Below are positions 35,139 through 47,570 of a DNA stretch of 64,000 nucleotides, piece by piece. A program made the position numbers and the translations under genes. The stretch spans positions 62,001-126,000 of the forward strand of contig JAQGDQ010000152.1 of the NCBI GenBank assembly GCA_030141605.1, given 5' to 3'. The notes beneath the pieces are model-generated. The model saw only the letters and a program-made list of their open reading frames with translations. It was not told the origin of the DNA and searched no databases. Source of the DNA: Tubiluchus corallicola. Taxonomy: Eukaryota > Animalia > Priapulida. Each line of letters opens with the position of its first letter. Within the stretch, counting starts at the first letter, position 1.

Positions 35139-38100
35139 GTAATTTTTTACCAATGCCAATTGCTATTTTTTTACTAATGCTATTTATAGAAAGAGAGGTT
35201 AAAACTGAAATAGATACTATGACAAAATTAAGATTTTTAAAAAACAGAACTTTCCAAAGACAAATGTATGTCGAAAATGTAGGTTAGACGAAATGAAAAA
35301 TATTATGTCAATTAGACTTTATATGATAGATGTTAAAGCAAATTTCAAAAATCTGTATAAAGGGGATCTTAAGTTAAAATTAAAAGTTAAATGTTCTCTA
35401 TGTCAGGTAGCAGAGGATACTACTGAGCATCATTTTGAATGTAAAGCTGTGTATATCAACAAGTTAGGCATATCTGCGCAAGATATAAGTGAACGGAACA
35501 TAAATAAATTACTACTGACTAGGATGTATGTTAACGAGCTGTTGAAGCTAAAATAAGTAAAAATATAATTAAAGACGAGTGAACAGTAAAGGCAAATTGA
35601 TGTCAAAGATATTTGGTGTGATTTGTAAATCAAATTGATTGTGTTGTTGATCTCGCAAACAGACACTTTTTATTGATGTCTGTTTGCTCGCCGCTGGTGG
35701 CGAAGAGGATCGAGCATATCCACAGTACAATAATAATCTAGTTATACACTGTTTTTGTGATGATTGTTATTAACTGTCACTTTAAGGTTTTTACTAGTTC
35801 GAGTCAGAAATTGTATTGATTAGTGATAAAAATATCTATTTTTAGGTAGTTGTAAAACACTGCAAATCACAAGCGATTATAACGACGCTTAGGCATGTAA
35901 GTATGCCTGTAATTAGTATCGAATTAATTAACGTGTACTGTCATAAAAATTTTGTGAAAAGTAAACATACTCTGTAAGCTGCACCATTATTGATAGTCTT
36001 ATAGTTGACCACTGACTTTTTTCAGTCTAACCTCTTTATACTACTTTATTTAGGACTGCAAAAAAGTTCGCATTGAGCGAGTATGGCTTTTTGAAGAGGT
36101 GTACTAATTGATATTCAATTTTTCTCTTCGTCTTACATTAATATTAATACAGTACATTATATAATCATTGATTAACAAACAGAGATGGGGTGGCGAAAGA
36201 CCAAAAAACACGTATACGCGTTTGATAACGCGTATGTATTTACGCAAATACAGTTATTTCCTTTCGCCAAATATATGGGTGTTAAGCAAGGTTAAATCTT
36301 TGTTAAATATTAATAAACTAAAAGTTTCTAATTTGTTTGTTTTTTAATTACTAGAGCTTTTTAATTACTAAAGAACTAATTATGTCACGAGTAATACAGG
36401 TAGCCTTCAAGTTCCTTGAGCCAGGTACCAATTAGCGAGAAAACTTGCTCAGAATCAACGATTAAATGTGAAAAACTCCAGGGCATAATTTTAAATTAGG
36501 GACAGTGGCTTAACATTTTGCTCATAGAGAACAAAATTTAATTCATTACATACTTGATAATCAGAGCATCTTTTGTAAGTTAATGTGTGACACTGTTAGT
36601 TCCTAAGGTTTCAAAGCAAAGCTGAGATTTCCTAATTGAGCACTAAAATGATTTATTTGGTTTTGATACAGCTTCCGAATTTGTTCCATATTTGTGTGGC
36701 AATTGGCCAAGCATGGCATCAACCATGATGATTGTGTTGACATTATAATTTTTGTATCATGTTTGTTGCCTTATCCTTTGCGTATCTGATGTACTTGATG
36801 ACTACTTCATCATTCACGACTTTAACTTGTAGAACGTTTCGTATTATTTTAGCTTTCGGCACAGTCTACCATTCTTGAACTGAAGAAATCTTTTGTCAAA
36901 CAGGGAAAAAAGCTGTCGCTGAATCGGTTGTCCTTCCGCCTAGAACCAAGTACAATTTTCTTCTTTTTTTGTCATTGATGTTCAATTGAGAACTTGAGAC
37001 AGACGTGTTAACATGTTAGTGGTCTCTTTAAATTCTCATGTGTCTGTGTTCTTGAAGTTAGTCAGGTCCCGGCCTCTTTCTCTATTCTTCTTACCATTAT
37101 CTCCATTCATTTATCTTTATTATCACCATTAGCATCAATTAATTATCATTGTCGTCACCATCACCATTGTCATCAGCATTAATATCACCATCGTTGTCAT
37201 CATTATCATCGACATCGGCATTTTGTTTGCTGTTTACTTTGCTCCATTTAACGTCTTTTTTAGTTGTTGTTTATATCATTAATTTAGTCTTATCCATGTT
37301 GAGCGTAGCTCATAAGGTAATTTTTTCTGCTGTGCTCATAGCACTGTAATGCGCTGTTAATTAGTAATTTTATAACTTTTTTTGGTATATGCTAAATGGA
37401 TGAATAAATAAATCTAAATCTTCTTCTTTTGTCTACAAACTTATTACCACAAAACTTGCAAAAGGGTTTTGAAAATTAACGAAATGTTGCTCAAACGTTG
37501 TTTTTTTTTAATTTTAGCATGAACTTATTCGATGCAGAATTTTTTTAGTGACCTTGTATATCTATCGTTGCTTGTATGCATAATCCCGTGATTTATAGAG
37601 CAAATATTTTCAGTATCATTTAGTTTGTCACAGTAGTGATGTTTAAATCATTAATTGAATTGTTTAGTTTATAACTGAGCAGACGCTAATTTTCAAAATT
37701 TCCAAGCATCTATTTTAAATGTGATACTTGGCAAAAAAACATTTCGTTCTTTCAGGAATCTTTAAAGAATTGGGAATTGGTTTTGTCTGTTTCTGATAGT
37801 TGAACGCAAGACGCACATTTTTCAAGTTTGAGTGATGAGGAACGATTAAAAAATTGCAAGATAAAAAAGTTGCACGGCTCTTGTGAAAAAGTACAACAAT
37901 GCAACGACTCGAAACTTACAGAAATGACTTAGGCAAAGTGACTAAATTGTTTGACCAGTGACAACAGTTTGAAAATTAATTCAACTGCTGACCAAGAGGC
38001 ATTTATGATTCAGATTTTCTTCATCTTTCCAGGAGGACGATCGCTGAAGGACGAAGAAACGTTGCACTCGCTTCGCATTTCTTCCGGAGCTGAGCTCTTC

Positions 38101-41100
38101 TTTAAAGATTTAGGACCCCAGATCAGTTGGAAAGGAGTAAGTAGAAGCAAAGGTTAATTGTTTTTAGAATTTTCATGTTTAGTATGCTTAGTATTTTGTG
38201 GAAAAAAAATGAAAAATTTACAGTTTATTACCTATTGCAAGCTGTTGAATAATGTTAATGCAATTTTTGCATCCAAAATTTGTTTACTCACTGATCTAAA
38301 TTTTGAAGGATGTCTTCCGTAATTTAATGATTATGATCAAATTGAATAGCAAAATTACTCTAGTTCTATAGATTGCTAGCAGTAGTAGCTGTAAACACAC
38401 AATCTAAAACCTATTCATACTCTACTTGTAAACTTCTTTTTTCACTTAAGCTTGATAGCACTTGTTGGGCTTGGGTGGGTGTATAGCTGAGTGGTTACGG
38501 TTTGTTGGTGGCTGCAAAAGTCAGATAGCACGGAGCCTGAGTAGTAGTTGCCGGAGGCTGGCAATTTCCAAAGCAGAGTGTTAAAATTTACTAGCTCATG
38601 CTAGGTAACTTGTTTACACAGTTTAAGTTTCTTCTAATATTTTTATTTGTCTAAACAGCTTCACTGTTGTACATTCATGCAATTGTTGCTCTCTAGGTGC
38701 GGCAGAGCCATAAAATTCGCTTATTTATCCCTTGTAGCAGGATGTAAATTTGGTCTAATGTCTTTGTTTGTTGGATAAACTACTTCTTTAATAAAACTTT
38801 AACTTGTTTTAGACCAAAATATCCGACATACAATCTAATATATAGCATTTCCTGAAAGAACTGGTGTTATTTTAACAACCAAAAGTTCAAAATACACAGT
38901 CAAACAGAACTTTTTGTTTTATTTCAGGTTTTTTTGCTGGAGTATGCAGGGCCACTGTTTATTTATTTAGCGATATATTACTTCAAACCACAATTTCTAT
39001 ACGGACCAGCACACGATGACCCACGCTTCCTAGTTGTTCAGTAAGTGTTCACGTGGCTTTGTTCATTGCCAGTTGTTCAGTAAGTGTTCACGTGGCTTTG
39101 TTCCTTGCAGAATAACTAGCTAAATGCCCGCCAACATTACTTATTCCGACTAACGGTGAGCCTTGCAATATCTTCCTGTAATTCTTTCCTCAAATCACCT
39201 GCAAGTTCTCCCTCTCATTCTAAAGTGACATCTACTTTTAGCTTTTTACACTGTATCACTTAGTGAAGTTATTGCTTGAGTATCATCAACGTGAAATAGG
39301 GATTAGAACGTATATGCATTAGAGTCGAGCATCAAACGTTCGAATTCAGTTCAAATGAGGTTTTTTTAGGAAAAATCATGGATTCGAATAACTTAGCACT
39401 TCAATTACAGTGTTCCCTCACTGTTTCGCGGGTTTTCAAAAATATTATTTCGCTGCTTCGCGGGTTTTTGCGGTCTTAAGAATTTTTGTACATGCGTAGT
39501 ACGTATTGTACAGTAACGAATCACAGAATGTATAAAAATATATTAAAAATATTAATTCTAACATCAAAAGAATATTATGAATCATAAAAAAATACCATTT
39601 ACAGTAAATAGTGTATTTATTTGGCAGATAAATACACACCGAAAATGAAATGTAGTACCTGCGCCCACCTAGTACTACGAAGTAGGGACACTAATAAGTA
39701 TAGCGTCCCAACTTCGCGGAAATTCACTTATCGCGGGTGGGCATGGAACAGAACACCCACAATAAGTGAGGGAACACTGTGCATATGTTCTTTATCGCTT
39801 GAAAAGTCCTACAATTTTAACTGTGGAACAAAATCCAGTAATATACACTCGTGTCCCGGTTTGCCGGACAAAAGCGGGGCGGGGAGACATCGATCCACGT
39901 TTACCAATTGTCTGTATGTACCGATACAGTAGGTGCCATGTGTTAGACTCACAATAATGTAGAATCAATTGCCTATGTCTCAAAAATGTCTTGCCCTATA
40001 CAAAAGTATATAAAAACTGTCACAGTTGACTCAAATAACTCTGCTTAATTGTCTCCATATTTTTACATATAGACATATACACGTGGTTAAACTGATGTAA
40101 TGATGTGAACAAAGTGACAACCCGCCAACTAGCGGTCAGCTTTTGAAACAACAGACTGTGTCCTTAGTATGCGGAACTTTTTAACGGTCCAGATTTTGCC
40201 CAATTCTCCCGATATCCGTAAAAGCGATGTCCGGCAAACCAAGATGTGACCGTACACGATCTTTGTGAAATTGCCTTTTTATTAGCAATTCGAAAATGTT
40301 TAAAACTGAATTTGGATTTGAAAATGCTGAAATTCGGTGTGATTCAAGTTCAAAACCCGCAAATTTGATCTGATTCAATTTCACTTTGTGTGATAGAATG
40401 CTCATCCCTAATGTCTGGGCTCTTTAAGTACTTTCTCATATTGTAGATCTGTCTTTTTTGTCCTCAGCGCAATTAACATTCATTTTTTAGCATCGCAGCT
40501 GCCTGCTGGACATTCCATTATGCAAAGAGGCTGCTGGAGACTTTATTCGTTCACCGATTTTCTCACGCAACCATGCCGATTGCAAACCTTTTCAAGGTGG
40601 GTAAATAAACGAATAAAGTTATCCTACTGTAATCGTATTTGCTTTGGTAATTAGTGAATTCCGAGAAACCAATTAGTTAGTTAACTAATTGGGTTTAATT
40701 GGTGCAAGTTGCTTTACAGAGCCATGTCACCTCAGTAATGTTTGCTCTTTCTTTACTTATTACTGACATGACTAATAGTCCTTTGTTTTTCTTATGTTTC
40801 ACTTGTTGTAAGATGGAGGCCTGCCGGTTTCTTCGAGGACTAAGTGTTATTATTTGGGATTTTTAAGTGACCTCTTTCCCATGATCCCAAAGATTTACTC
40901 AACTTTGGGAGGGGGGAAGTAAACATGAAAATCAGATCAATTCAAAATAAGGCAAGGCATTTTATTGTGTTGTAATTCTTTTGTCTGATTTTGCTGTGTG
41001 TTATAACTGCATTTAGTTGTCAAACTTATTTGACAGTATATATGTTTGTACACACTTCTGTTCGTTTGCTTTTGTTAATATTTATTTTTTATTTGTGTTT

Positions 41101-44100
41101 CAGAACTGTAGTTATTATTGGGGATTTGCAGCCATTATAGCATATTTTATTAATCATCCGTTTTACACAAATCCTGGTACGTGTAGTTTCGCTCTTTCTT
41201 CTTTCCCGCTTGTGAGTGTAATTAGTTTTCACTTTTTTAAAATCTCTAATTAATCATTTAACTAATTTAGTTTAAATTAATTACTTTATTATTAGAACAA
41301 TCAGTCACATATACAGTCAAGCTCTTATATCCGATGTCCCTTATAGCTGAAGTTGAGTCAGACCGAGGGTGTATCTAGACCTGTACTTTTACCCACATTT
41401 TTATGGATTATTGCTACACATTCAGTGTAGACGGTATGTAGGAAGCTCCTTCGGTGAAGCAAGATGTATTTGACCATGGAAACTGAGCTGTTCGAAGGCC
41501 AAATTTGTGAAAAATTGAAATTAAAAATCTATCAATTTTGCTTTGATCATAGGGTCCCGTATATGCGAGGTAATTTACCTGGGTTTCTATTACGCGGGAC
41601 CTGAAGATATCGTCCCTTAGAACCGAATACCATATATACGAAGATTTTTACATAGGAAAACCGTTACGAAAAATCTGGACCGGTGTTGGTGGTCCCTTAT
41701 AAGCGAGTACCTTATACCCGAGGTTGACTATATCAGTTTTCTAATAACAATCACAAATGAAAGTCTTCCCAGATGTTGGTCCACCTTTCTTGAACTTTGA
41801 TACATTGTAAACTTTGCTGCAGCACTCATCGGTGGACCAGCGAGATTAGATCCACTTCATTATTAACGATAATCTTCTAAAATAAAATATAAATCTACAC
41901 AGATATCTTAGCCAAATCTAGATGCACAATCTGGAAATTACCCAGTTACCCTCCCACAATTTGGAAATTACCCAAGGGCAGCATGATAAGCCACCCAGAG
42001 GCAGGTATTCGGGTTCCTAAGTTACACTATCCATCATTTGTTGACATAAGCAACTGCTGCTGCTGCTGCTTAATGGGCTTATATTAGTAAGGAACGTGTA
42101 AGTGAAATCAGTAGCGCTATGGTATTCACTCTGCGTGTACTTAACTTTATGACTTGTTGCTATGAAAACAAACTAGCATACTACTATGATTGTACAAGTA
42201 ATTTTACTTGAAATTTGTAACGCATTGCTTTTATCTTTTACTTAACATTCACGTTTGGCACTGAAAGTACTTTAGCAATAATATATATTCAGTAGAACAC
42301 GGAAGTAAGCTAATCTATTATATTACTGTTAGTGATACCTCTTTTTGTTTATTAAAACTTGACAAAAATTGTTTAACAACAATTATTTAACAATTTTTTT
42401 TAAAGTTTTACCTATTTTCAGCTTTTACTTGGCAGATAAACTTGGGCTTTTTCGGGATGATGGTGAGTTTCATTTTTTTAAATTGTGCCATCAGCAAATG
42501 CGTGTCAGTTTCTCCATAACAGTTGCTCATCAGTAGTTGATATTCTAGAATTTCGCATTCATAACTTGCAGTTCTCAAAAATTATCTGCCTTTTCTGATC
42601 CGTCTCTCACTGCAATGAAAATATTTATAACTTAAGATTACTGTATATACTTATGTACAAGTCGAATTTTTGGGAGGCGATTTTAAGGTGAAATTTTTGG
42701 GGTCGACTTATACTTAAGATATGTTTTTGGGAGATGACGCTAAAGAGTCGTCTACAATACGAATATGTAAAGAAATAATCCTTCATTATATGCTGGACTG
42801 AATGAACACTCATGCTGTGATACTTCACATCAGAGAATATTCGTATCTTAACATTACTTCACAAAATTAACAAATATTACAGTAATTTATTTTAATGTAT
42901 GTGAAATTAAGTTAAAATTTATATATTACCGGTAAATAAACTAGCGGCGGAGCACTCGATCAGAACATGGAAATCGCCAATGTTGTGCAGGTGCTGCCGC
43001 TTGTCGGCTTCCGCAGGGAAGTTTTACACTGGCCTTGTATATGAGTGTTTTATTGGCAAAATATCGATTACCAGCACACACGCGTATGTAAAACACAACT
43101 ATGCAGAGGTATTAATGTTAGTAAAATTTTTTTTCTTCAATTGTTGACATCATTTACTCTGGAAGATCTTAATATTTTATGGTCGACTTGTACACAGGTA
43201 ATATATAAAATGATGCAAATTTTGGTCTTGAAATGCACATCGACTTGTGCATAAGGTCTACTTGTACACAGGTAAATACGGTAATTGGCAGCTTACGATT
43301 GTTTTTTCCCTAGTAACATGGGCCCAAGGCTGGCCGTGCAATTAAACACAGTATGCCATATTTCGCAGCCTCTTTATTTCAAATCAGAATTTTGTAACAT
43401 AGTTTTTGAGTAATGCGACTTACATCTAATCCCTCCTTAGTATGCAGTATCGATCTGTGAATTTTTTGTTGCAAAATAAATGCTGAGATTTAGTCTACAA
43501 CTATTAGTCTTTAAAATGGATTGCGGATACAGCCGGCAAAAAATCAAGTTATTAGATCTTCTCATACGTTCGGTTGATTAAGGTTTGTTTCACATTCCAA
43601 ACCTTTTACAAAAATTGTGGAAACTGAAACTCTTTAGTTTCACTGAGGACTTGAGCTTTAACCATGAAAATAAAATGTTTTAAATGTGGTAATGGTAAAT
43701 TCTTGTAACGGAGCAGTAAATTCTTTCTGAACTTTTGTGTTTTCTTGCATCAGTTCAATGAATTTGGTAATCTGTCCATCCACGTCACCTTGCGGAATCT
43801 TCGACCAGCCGGCACTAAGCAGAGGAAGATTCCAGAACCGACGTGGAATCCATTCACGTTGCTGTTTGCATTCGTATCGTGTCCCAACTACACTTACGAA
43901 GTGGGAGCATGGTTGTGTTTCACAGTGATGACCCAATGCGCAGCAGGTATGGCTTATTAGACATAGATTAGCTTCTATTGCTCACCTGTATTTTGCGTAA
44001 GTGGTCAAGCCACTTATGTAGACAGTTTACTATTGGTGTAGATTACTGTACTTATCCAAATCATGCTATTTTGTATTCAGTATGGCATTTAGCAGTCCAT

Positions 44101-45240
44101 GTATGAGCTTACTTATTAAAAGAAAACTGGACGATTGTGTAAACATTAGTTCAAAATAAAGTATGCTCTAAAACATTGAAACTACAATATCTTTTTTAAA
44201 TCAAAGCTTAGATTAAGTAATATTTACCTTGGTTACTCAAATTTTATTAAGCTTTTACAGCTATGCACGGCTCTCAGCAAATCCACTAAGATTGCTAGTG
44301 GTGTCTTTTTGTCATGTTCGTGTCACTGACAAATAGGCACGGTACCGTTGTAAACATGTTCATGAACTGTAGTGTTCGTCTATGATGTCACAGTGACTTA
44401 GAGCTCATTTTCGTGACATCACTTCAGCATGTTATAGCAATCTTCGTTTATGCAAACCTGCTTGATGCACAGGGAAGATGCCTACCATTGCACAAACTGT
44501 GGTTAGTTTGTGATGTAAGCGATATCTGTTTGGTTGCTCTTAATAAGTTTCCAAAGTTATTGTTCAAATATTAGAAAGAATTGCTAACCTTTGTAGGCAA
44601 GAAATGTATATTTTGCATACTAAATTAAAATGAGATTGAGTCTAATCAATCGTCTAGTTATCCTTTAAGTTTTAATAGTTGTGGCATAATTGGAAGGTTG
44701 CTCATTTTTGTGCATCATTTTTCTGCGATGAACGTACACCAAAAGGATGTGTTTTAAGAATCTTTGAATGTATATAGCCTATGTATAAATAGAGGCACTT
44801 TTCTTAGCTACCACTCATCCATTTACTATCATGCCCTATGTTGCTGAACTTTGTGATCGTTAGATTCTGTTGTCTTAACTTGATAGCATGATGAGCTCAA
44901 CTGCCTACAAGCTTTTGGCTTTTCCTTTAAGATGAACAGCTGTCTGTTGTTTATGTTGTTTTTGCAAATTGTACAGTGCCAATCGTGCGGAAAGCTGAAT
45001 AAACAAACAGTATGGTTATAATACAACTGCCAAGGTGTTGTTAGAAAGCAAATAGTTGGGTTGTTATAAAGGATAAATTTTCTCATGAGTACCTATATAA
45101 ACTTTTTTGCAGCTGCAATATTCGCGGTGGCTGGATTTGTGCAGATGACGATTTGGGCTCTGGGAAAGCACCGAAATTACAGGAAAGAATTTCAGAATTA
45201 TCCCAGGAACCGAAAGTCCATCATCCCATTTGTGATATAA
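35133..45240 (+). CDS. TECR: Very-long-chain trans-2,3-enoyl-CoA reductase, 303 aa, 10 coding exons
   Basis: Exons 35133-35138, 35846-35896, 36853-36949, 38033-38136, 38928-39040, 40491-40596, 41104-41176, 42422-42462, 43754-43946, 45113-45240 sum to 912 nt; motifs [72 protein letters not shown]. Confidence 0.97.
35170..35737 (+). mobile_element. 5'-truncated non-LTR retrotransposon (ORF2 C-terminal zinc knuckle and 3' tail) in TECR intron 1
   Basis: ORF 35293-35556 [15 protein letters not shown]...[17 protein letters not shown] (C-x2-C-x8-H-x3-C); 3' end with small stem-loop tcgcc..ggcga and an (aat)n tail. Confidence 0.65.
35846..35896 (+). CDS. TECR: TECR exon ([17 protein letters not shown])
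   Basis: tttttag / gtaagt, 51 nt. Confidence 0.85.
36853..36949 (+). CDS. TECR: TECR exon ([14 protein letters not shown]...LSFRLEP)
   Basis: ttttag / gtacaa, 97 nt, ubiquitin-like domain. Confidence 0.88.
38033..38136 (+). CDS. TECR: TECR exon ([10 protein letters not shown]...[12 protein letters not shown])
   Basis: ttccag / gtaagt, 104 nt. Confidence 0.95.
38928..39040 (+). CDS. TECR: TECR exon ([14 protein letters not shown]...FLVVH)
   Basis: tttcag / gtaagt, 113 nt. Confidence 0.95.
39408..39779. mobile_element. pogo/Tigger-like MITE nested in a TTCGAA-rich MITE
   Basis: 15-bp TIR cagtgttccctcact / agtgagggaacactg; flanks TA and TG. Confidence 0.85.
40491..40596 (+). CDS. TECR: TECR exon ([35 protein letters not shown])
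   Basis: ttttag / gtgggt, 106 nt. Confidence 0.95.
41104..41176 (+). CDS. TECR: TECR exon ([24 protein letters not shown])
   Basis: tttcag / gtacgt, 73 nt. Confidence 0.95.
41314..41730. mobile_element. pogo/Tigger-like MITE
   Basis: ta|cagtcaagctc ... gaggttgacta|ta termini; cccttata subterminal repeats. Confidence 0.7.
42422..42462 (+). CDS. TECR: TECR exon ([14 protein letters not shown])
   Basis: tttcag / gtgagt, 41 nt; restores the frame between flanking exons. Confidence 0.85.
42641..43281. mobile_element. Tc1/mariner-superfamily (Tc2-like) MITE
   Basis: TA|ctgtatatacttatgtacaagtcga ... tctacttgtacacaggtaaatacgg|TA; repeated tcgacttgta subterminal motifs. Confidence 0.8.
43754..43946 (+). 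CDS. TECR: TECR exon ([20 protein letters not shown]...MTQCAA)
   Basis: catcag / gtatgg, 193 nt. Confidence 0.95.
44120..44420 (-). mobile_element. Partial Kolobok-like element of the 60303-60771 family
   Basis: ttaa|aagaaaactggacgattg terminus; reverse-complement similarity to 60480-60771. Confidence 0.75.
45113..45240 (+). CDS. TECR: TECR last coding exon ([20 protein letters not shown]...IIPFVI*)
   Basis: ttgcag acceptor; TAA at 45238-45240. Confidence 0.95.
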
Positions 45241-45275
45241 GTTGGTTCTTCCACACCAGTTGTGTGATACTGTGC

Positions 45276-45383
45276 TGCTGCAATGTGATTAATTGTGATC
45301 AGTTCAATGTGAATTATGAAATTAACTTGTGCTGCAATGTGATTAATTGTGATCAGTTCAATGTGAATTATGAAATTAACTTG
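45276..45383. repeat. Exact 54-bp tandem duplication in the TECR 3' UTR
   Basis: tgctgcaatgtgattaattgtgatcagttcaatgtgaattatgaaattaacttg x2. Confidence 0.95.
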
Positions 45384-46077
45384 AATTTTAAATAGTATAG
45401 TATAACGAAGACCGAAAAGTGGTATCAAAAGCGATTAAATAATCAATTGCCTTGTGGGCTTTTTACGAGCTTTTTGAGTAGCTAATACGTGTGGTGGAGG
45501 TTACAGACACGAAAATTATCTGATTTGTCACTTACTAAATATGTTTCCTGACTATTGAAAAAGTTCCAGAGGTAGTAACTTATTCAGTGATTATGCTTTC
45601 AAGTTCATATGTGCTTTAATGCTCTTGCCTGTCTTACAGTTACTATATTTCTACCATGTCTTAGAAATAATCCAGAATATCGTATTTTAAGTTCTGAAAC
45701 TAATATCAAGGTCCCCAGTGTTTGATAAGGTTTAGCAGTGTCTATCAGCCAAATGTCTGTTACTGGTCATATTTTAGAATACAATACTAGTACAGATTTT
45801 TATGTATAAATAGAATATATACATTGCATTGTAAATGTTAAGCAATTTTTATTATTCATAAATTGATTTTAAATTATTTGAAATGAATTTAGTTCCAGTT
45901 TCTATAACCAAATAAACAAGCTAAATTGTAATAATTTGGAACTGTAAAAAATTTGTTGTACTGCTACTTGACAACAAGAAAATCCATTTTTACTCGAGGT
46001 GGAATATAGAAATGCGTATTTTCCACTGCGCCAGGCATAATTAGTATAATAAATTTCGATTTTATTCACATTCACGG

Positions 46078-46377
46078 CAGGGATTTTACAGGAATGGAAA
46101 TTACAAACCGAAATATATGAAAATGATACCAAAACGAAACCGAACTGAAATCATATATGCAAAACCAACTGTCATCAAAACTGAAAAAAATTGTGAAATA
46201 AATGAAATTCTTTGTTTTGCTTTGTTCATATTTGCTCTAATACAGGCTTGATTTTCAGTGATTTTTAACATCTAGCAGAAAAAAGTAAGCTAGATAAATA
46301 CAACAAAAACCTTGGAAAGCTACCGAAAGTTTCGAATTTTTGACGAAAGCGAAACTCATGTTTCGGTAACGTCCCTG
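46078..46377. mobile_element. hAT-like MITE, 300 bp
   Basis: TIR cagggattttac / gtaacgtccctg; perfect 8-bp TSD ATTCACGG at 46070-46077 and 46378-46385. Confidence 0.9.
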
Positions 46378-46762
46378 ATTCACGGTACCAGTGGCACTGT
46401 TAATCCAACTTTTGTGCTGATCTCAGATATGGTTCTCCTTCAGTCCTATGGTTCTCAGATTGTCCCGCAGGCAGTAAATTCTTACAGCAGGAAATATAAT
46501 ATAAAAGATTGTCACTTCGTTGTTGAAAGACTTTGACACTGTAGATAACTATTTCACTTCTGTCATGATTTTCCCTCTGGTCTGGGTAACACAGGCAGTA
46601 TCAAGTTCCCAAATGATGAGTCTTGGGTGATAAAGTAACCAAACGAATTTGTGTGAGCATGCTGCAAAAAATTAGTTGTTACATTAAAAGGTATCGGAAA
46701 ATTATTTTACTTGTCAACTGTGAACAGTTAAAGTAAATTGCATAGTTAAATATATCTGGTAC

Positions 46763-47570
46763 TTGGTACTATTTTACTCCACATCTCAACTCGGTACTGA
46801 CTTGGTACTATTTTACTCCACATCTCAACTCGGTACTAACTTGGTACTATTTTACACCACGTCTCAACTCGGTACTGACTTGGTGCTATTTTACTCCACA
46901 TCTCAACTCGGTACTGACTTGGTACTATTTTACTCCACATCTCAACTCGGTACTGACTTGGTACTATTTTACTCCACATCTCAACTCGGTACTGACTTGG
47001 TACTATTTTACTCCACATCTCAACTCTGTACTAACTTGGTACTATTTTACACCACGTCTCAACTCGGTACTGACTTGGTGCTATTTTACTCCACATCTCA
47101 ACTCGGTACTGACTTGGTACTATTTTACGCCACATCTCAACTCGGTACTGACTTGGTGCTATTTTACACCACATCTCAACTCGGTACTGACTTGGTACTA
47201 TTTTACTCCACATCTCAACTGGGTATGATTGGTATATTTTACCCACATCTCAACTGGGTACTGACTTGGTACTATTTTACTCCACATCTCAACTGGGTAC
47301 TGACTTGGTACTATTTTACTCCACATCTCAACTGGGTACTGACTTGATACTATTTTACTCCACATCTCAACTGGGTACTGACTTGATACTATTTTACACC
47401 ACATCTCAACTTGGTACTGACTTGGTACTATTTTACACCACATCTCAACTGGGTACTGACTTGGTACTATTTTACTCCACATCTCAACTGGGTACTGACT
47501 TGGTACTATTTTACTCCACATCTCAACTGGGTACCAACTTGGTACTATTTTACTCCACATCTCACTTTGG
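46763..47570. repeat. 39-bp minisatellite, about 21 copies (TTGGTACTATTTTACTCCACATCTCAACTCGGTACTGAC)
   Basis: Direct inspection; 13-aa periodic ORFs in the track. Confidence 0.97.

Noticed and set aside
36725-36789. Box C (ATGATGA) and box D (CTGA) about 63 nt upstream of a TECR acceptor; possible snoRNA
   Set aside because: No terminal stem, no clear C'/D' boxes, and no recognisable rRNA-complementary guide of 10 nt or more next to box D
38478-38560. tRNA-like A box (TAGCTGAGTGGTTA); also a GGTTCGAAT B box near 12322
   Set aside because: No cloverleaf or paired A/B boxes; at most decayed SINE heads, not tRNA genes
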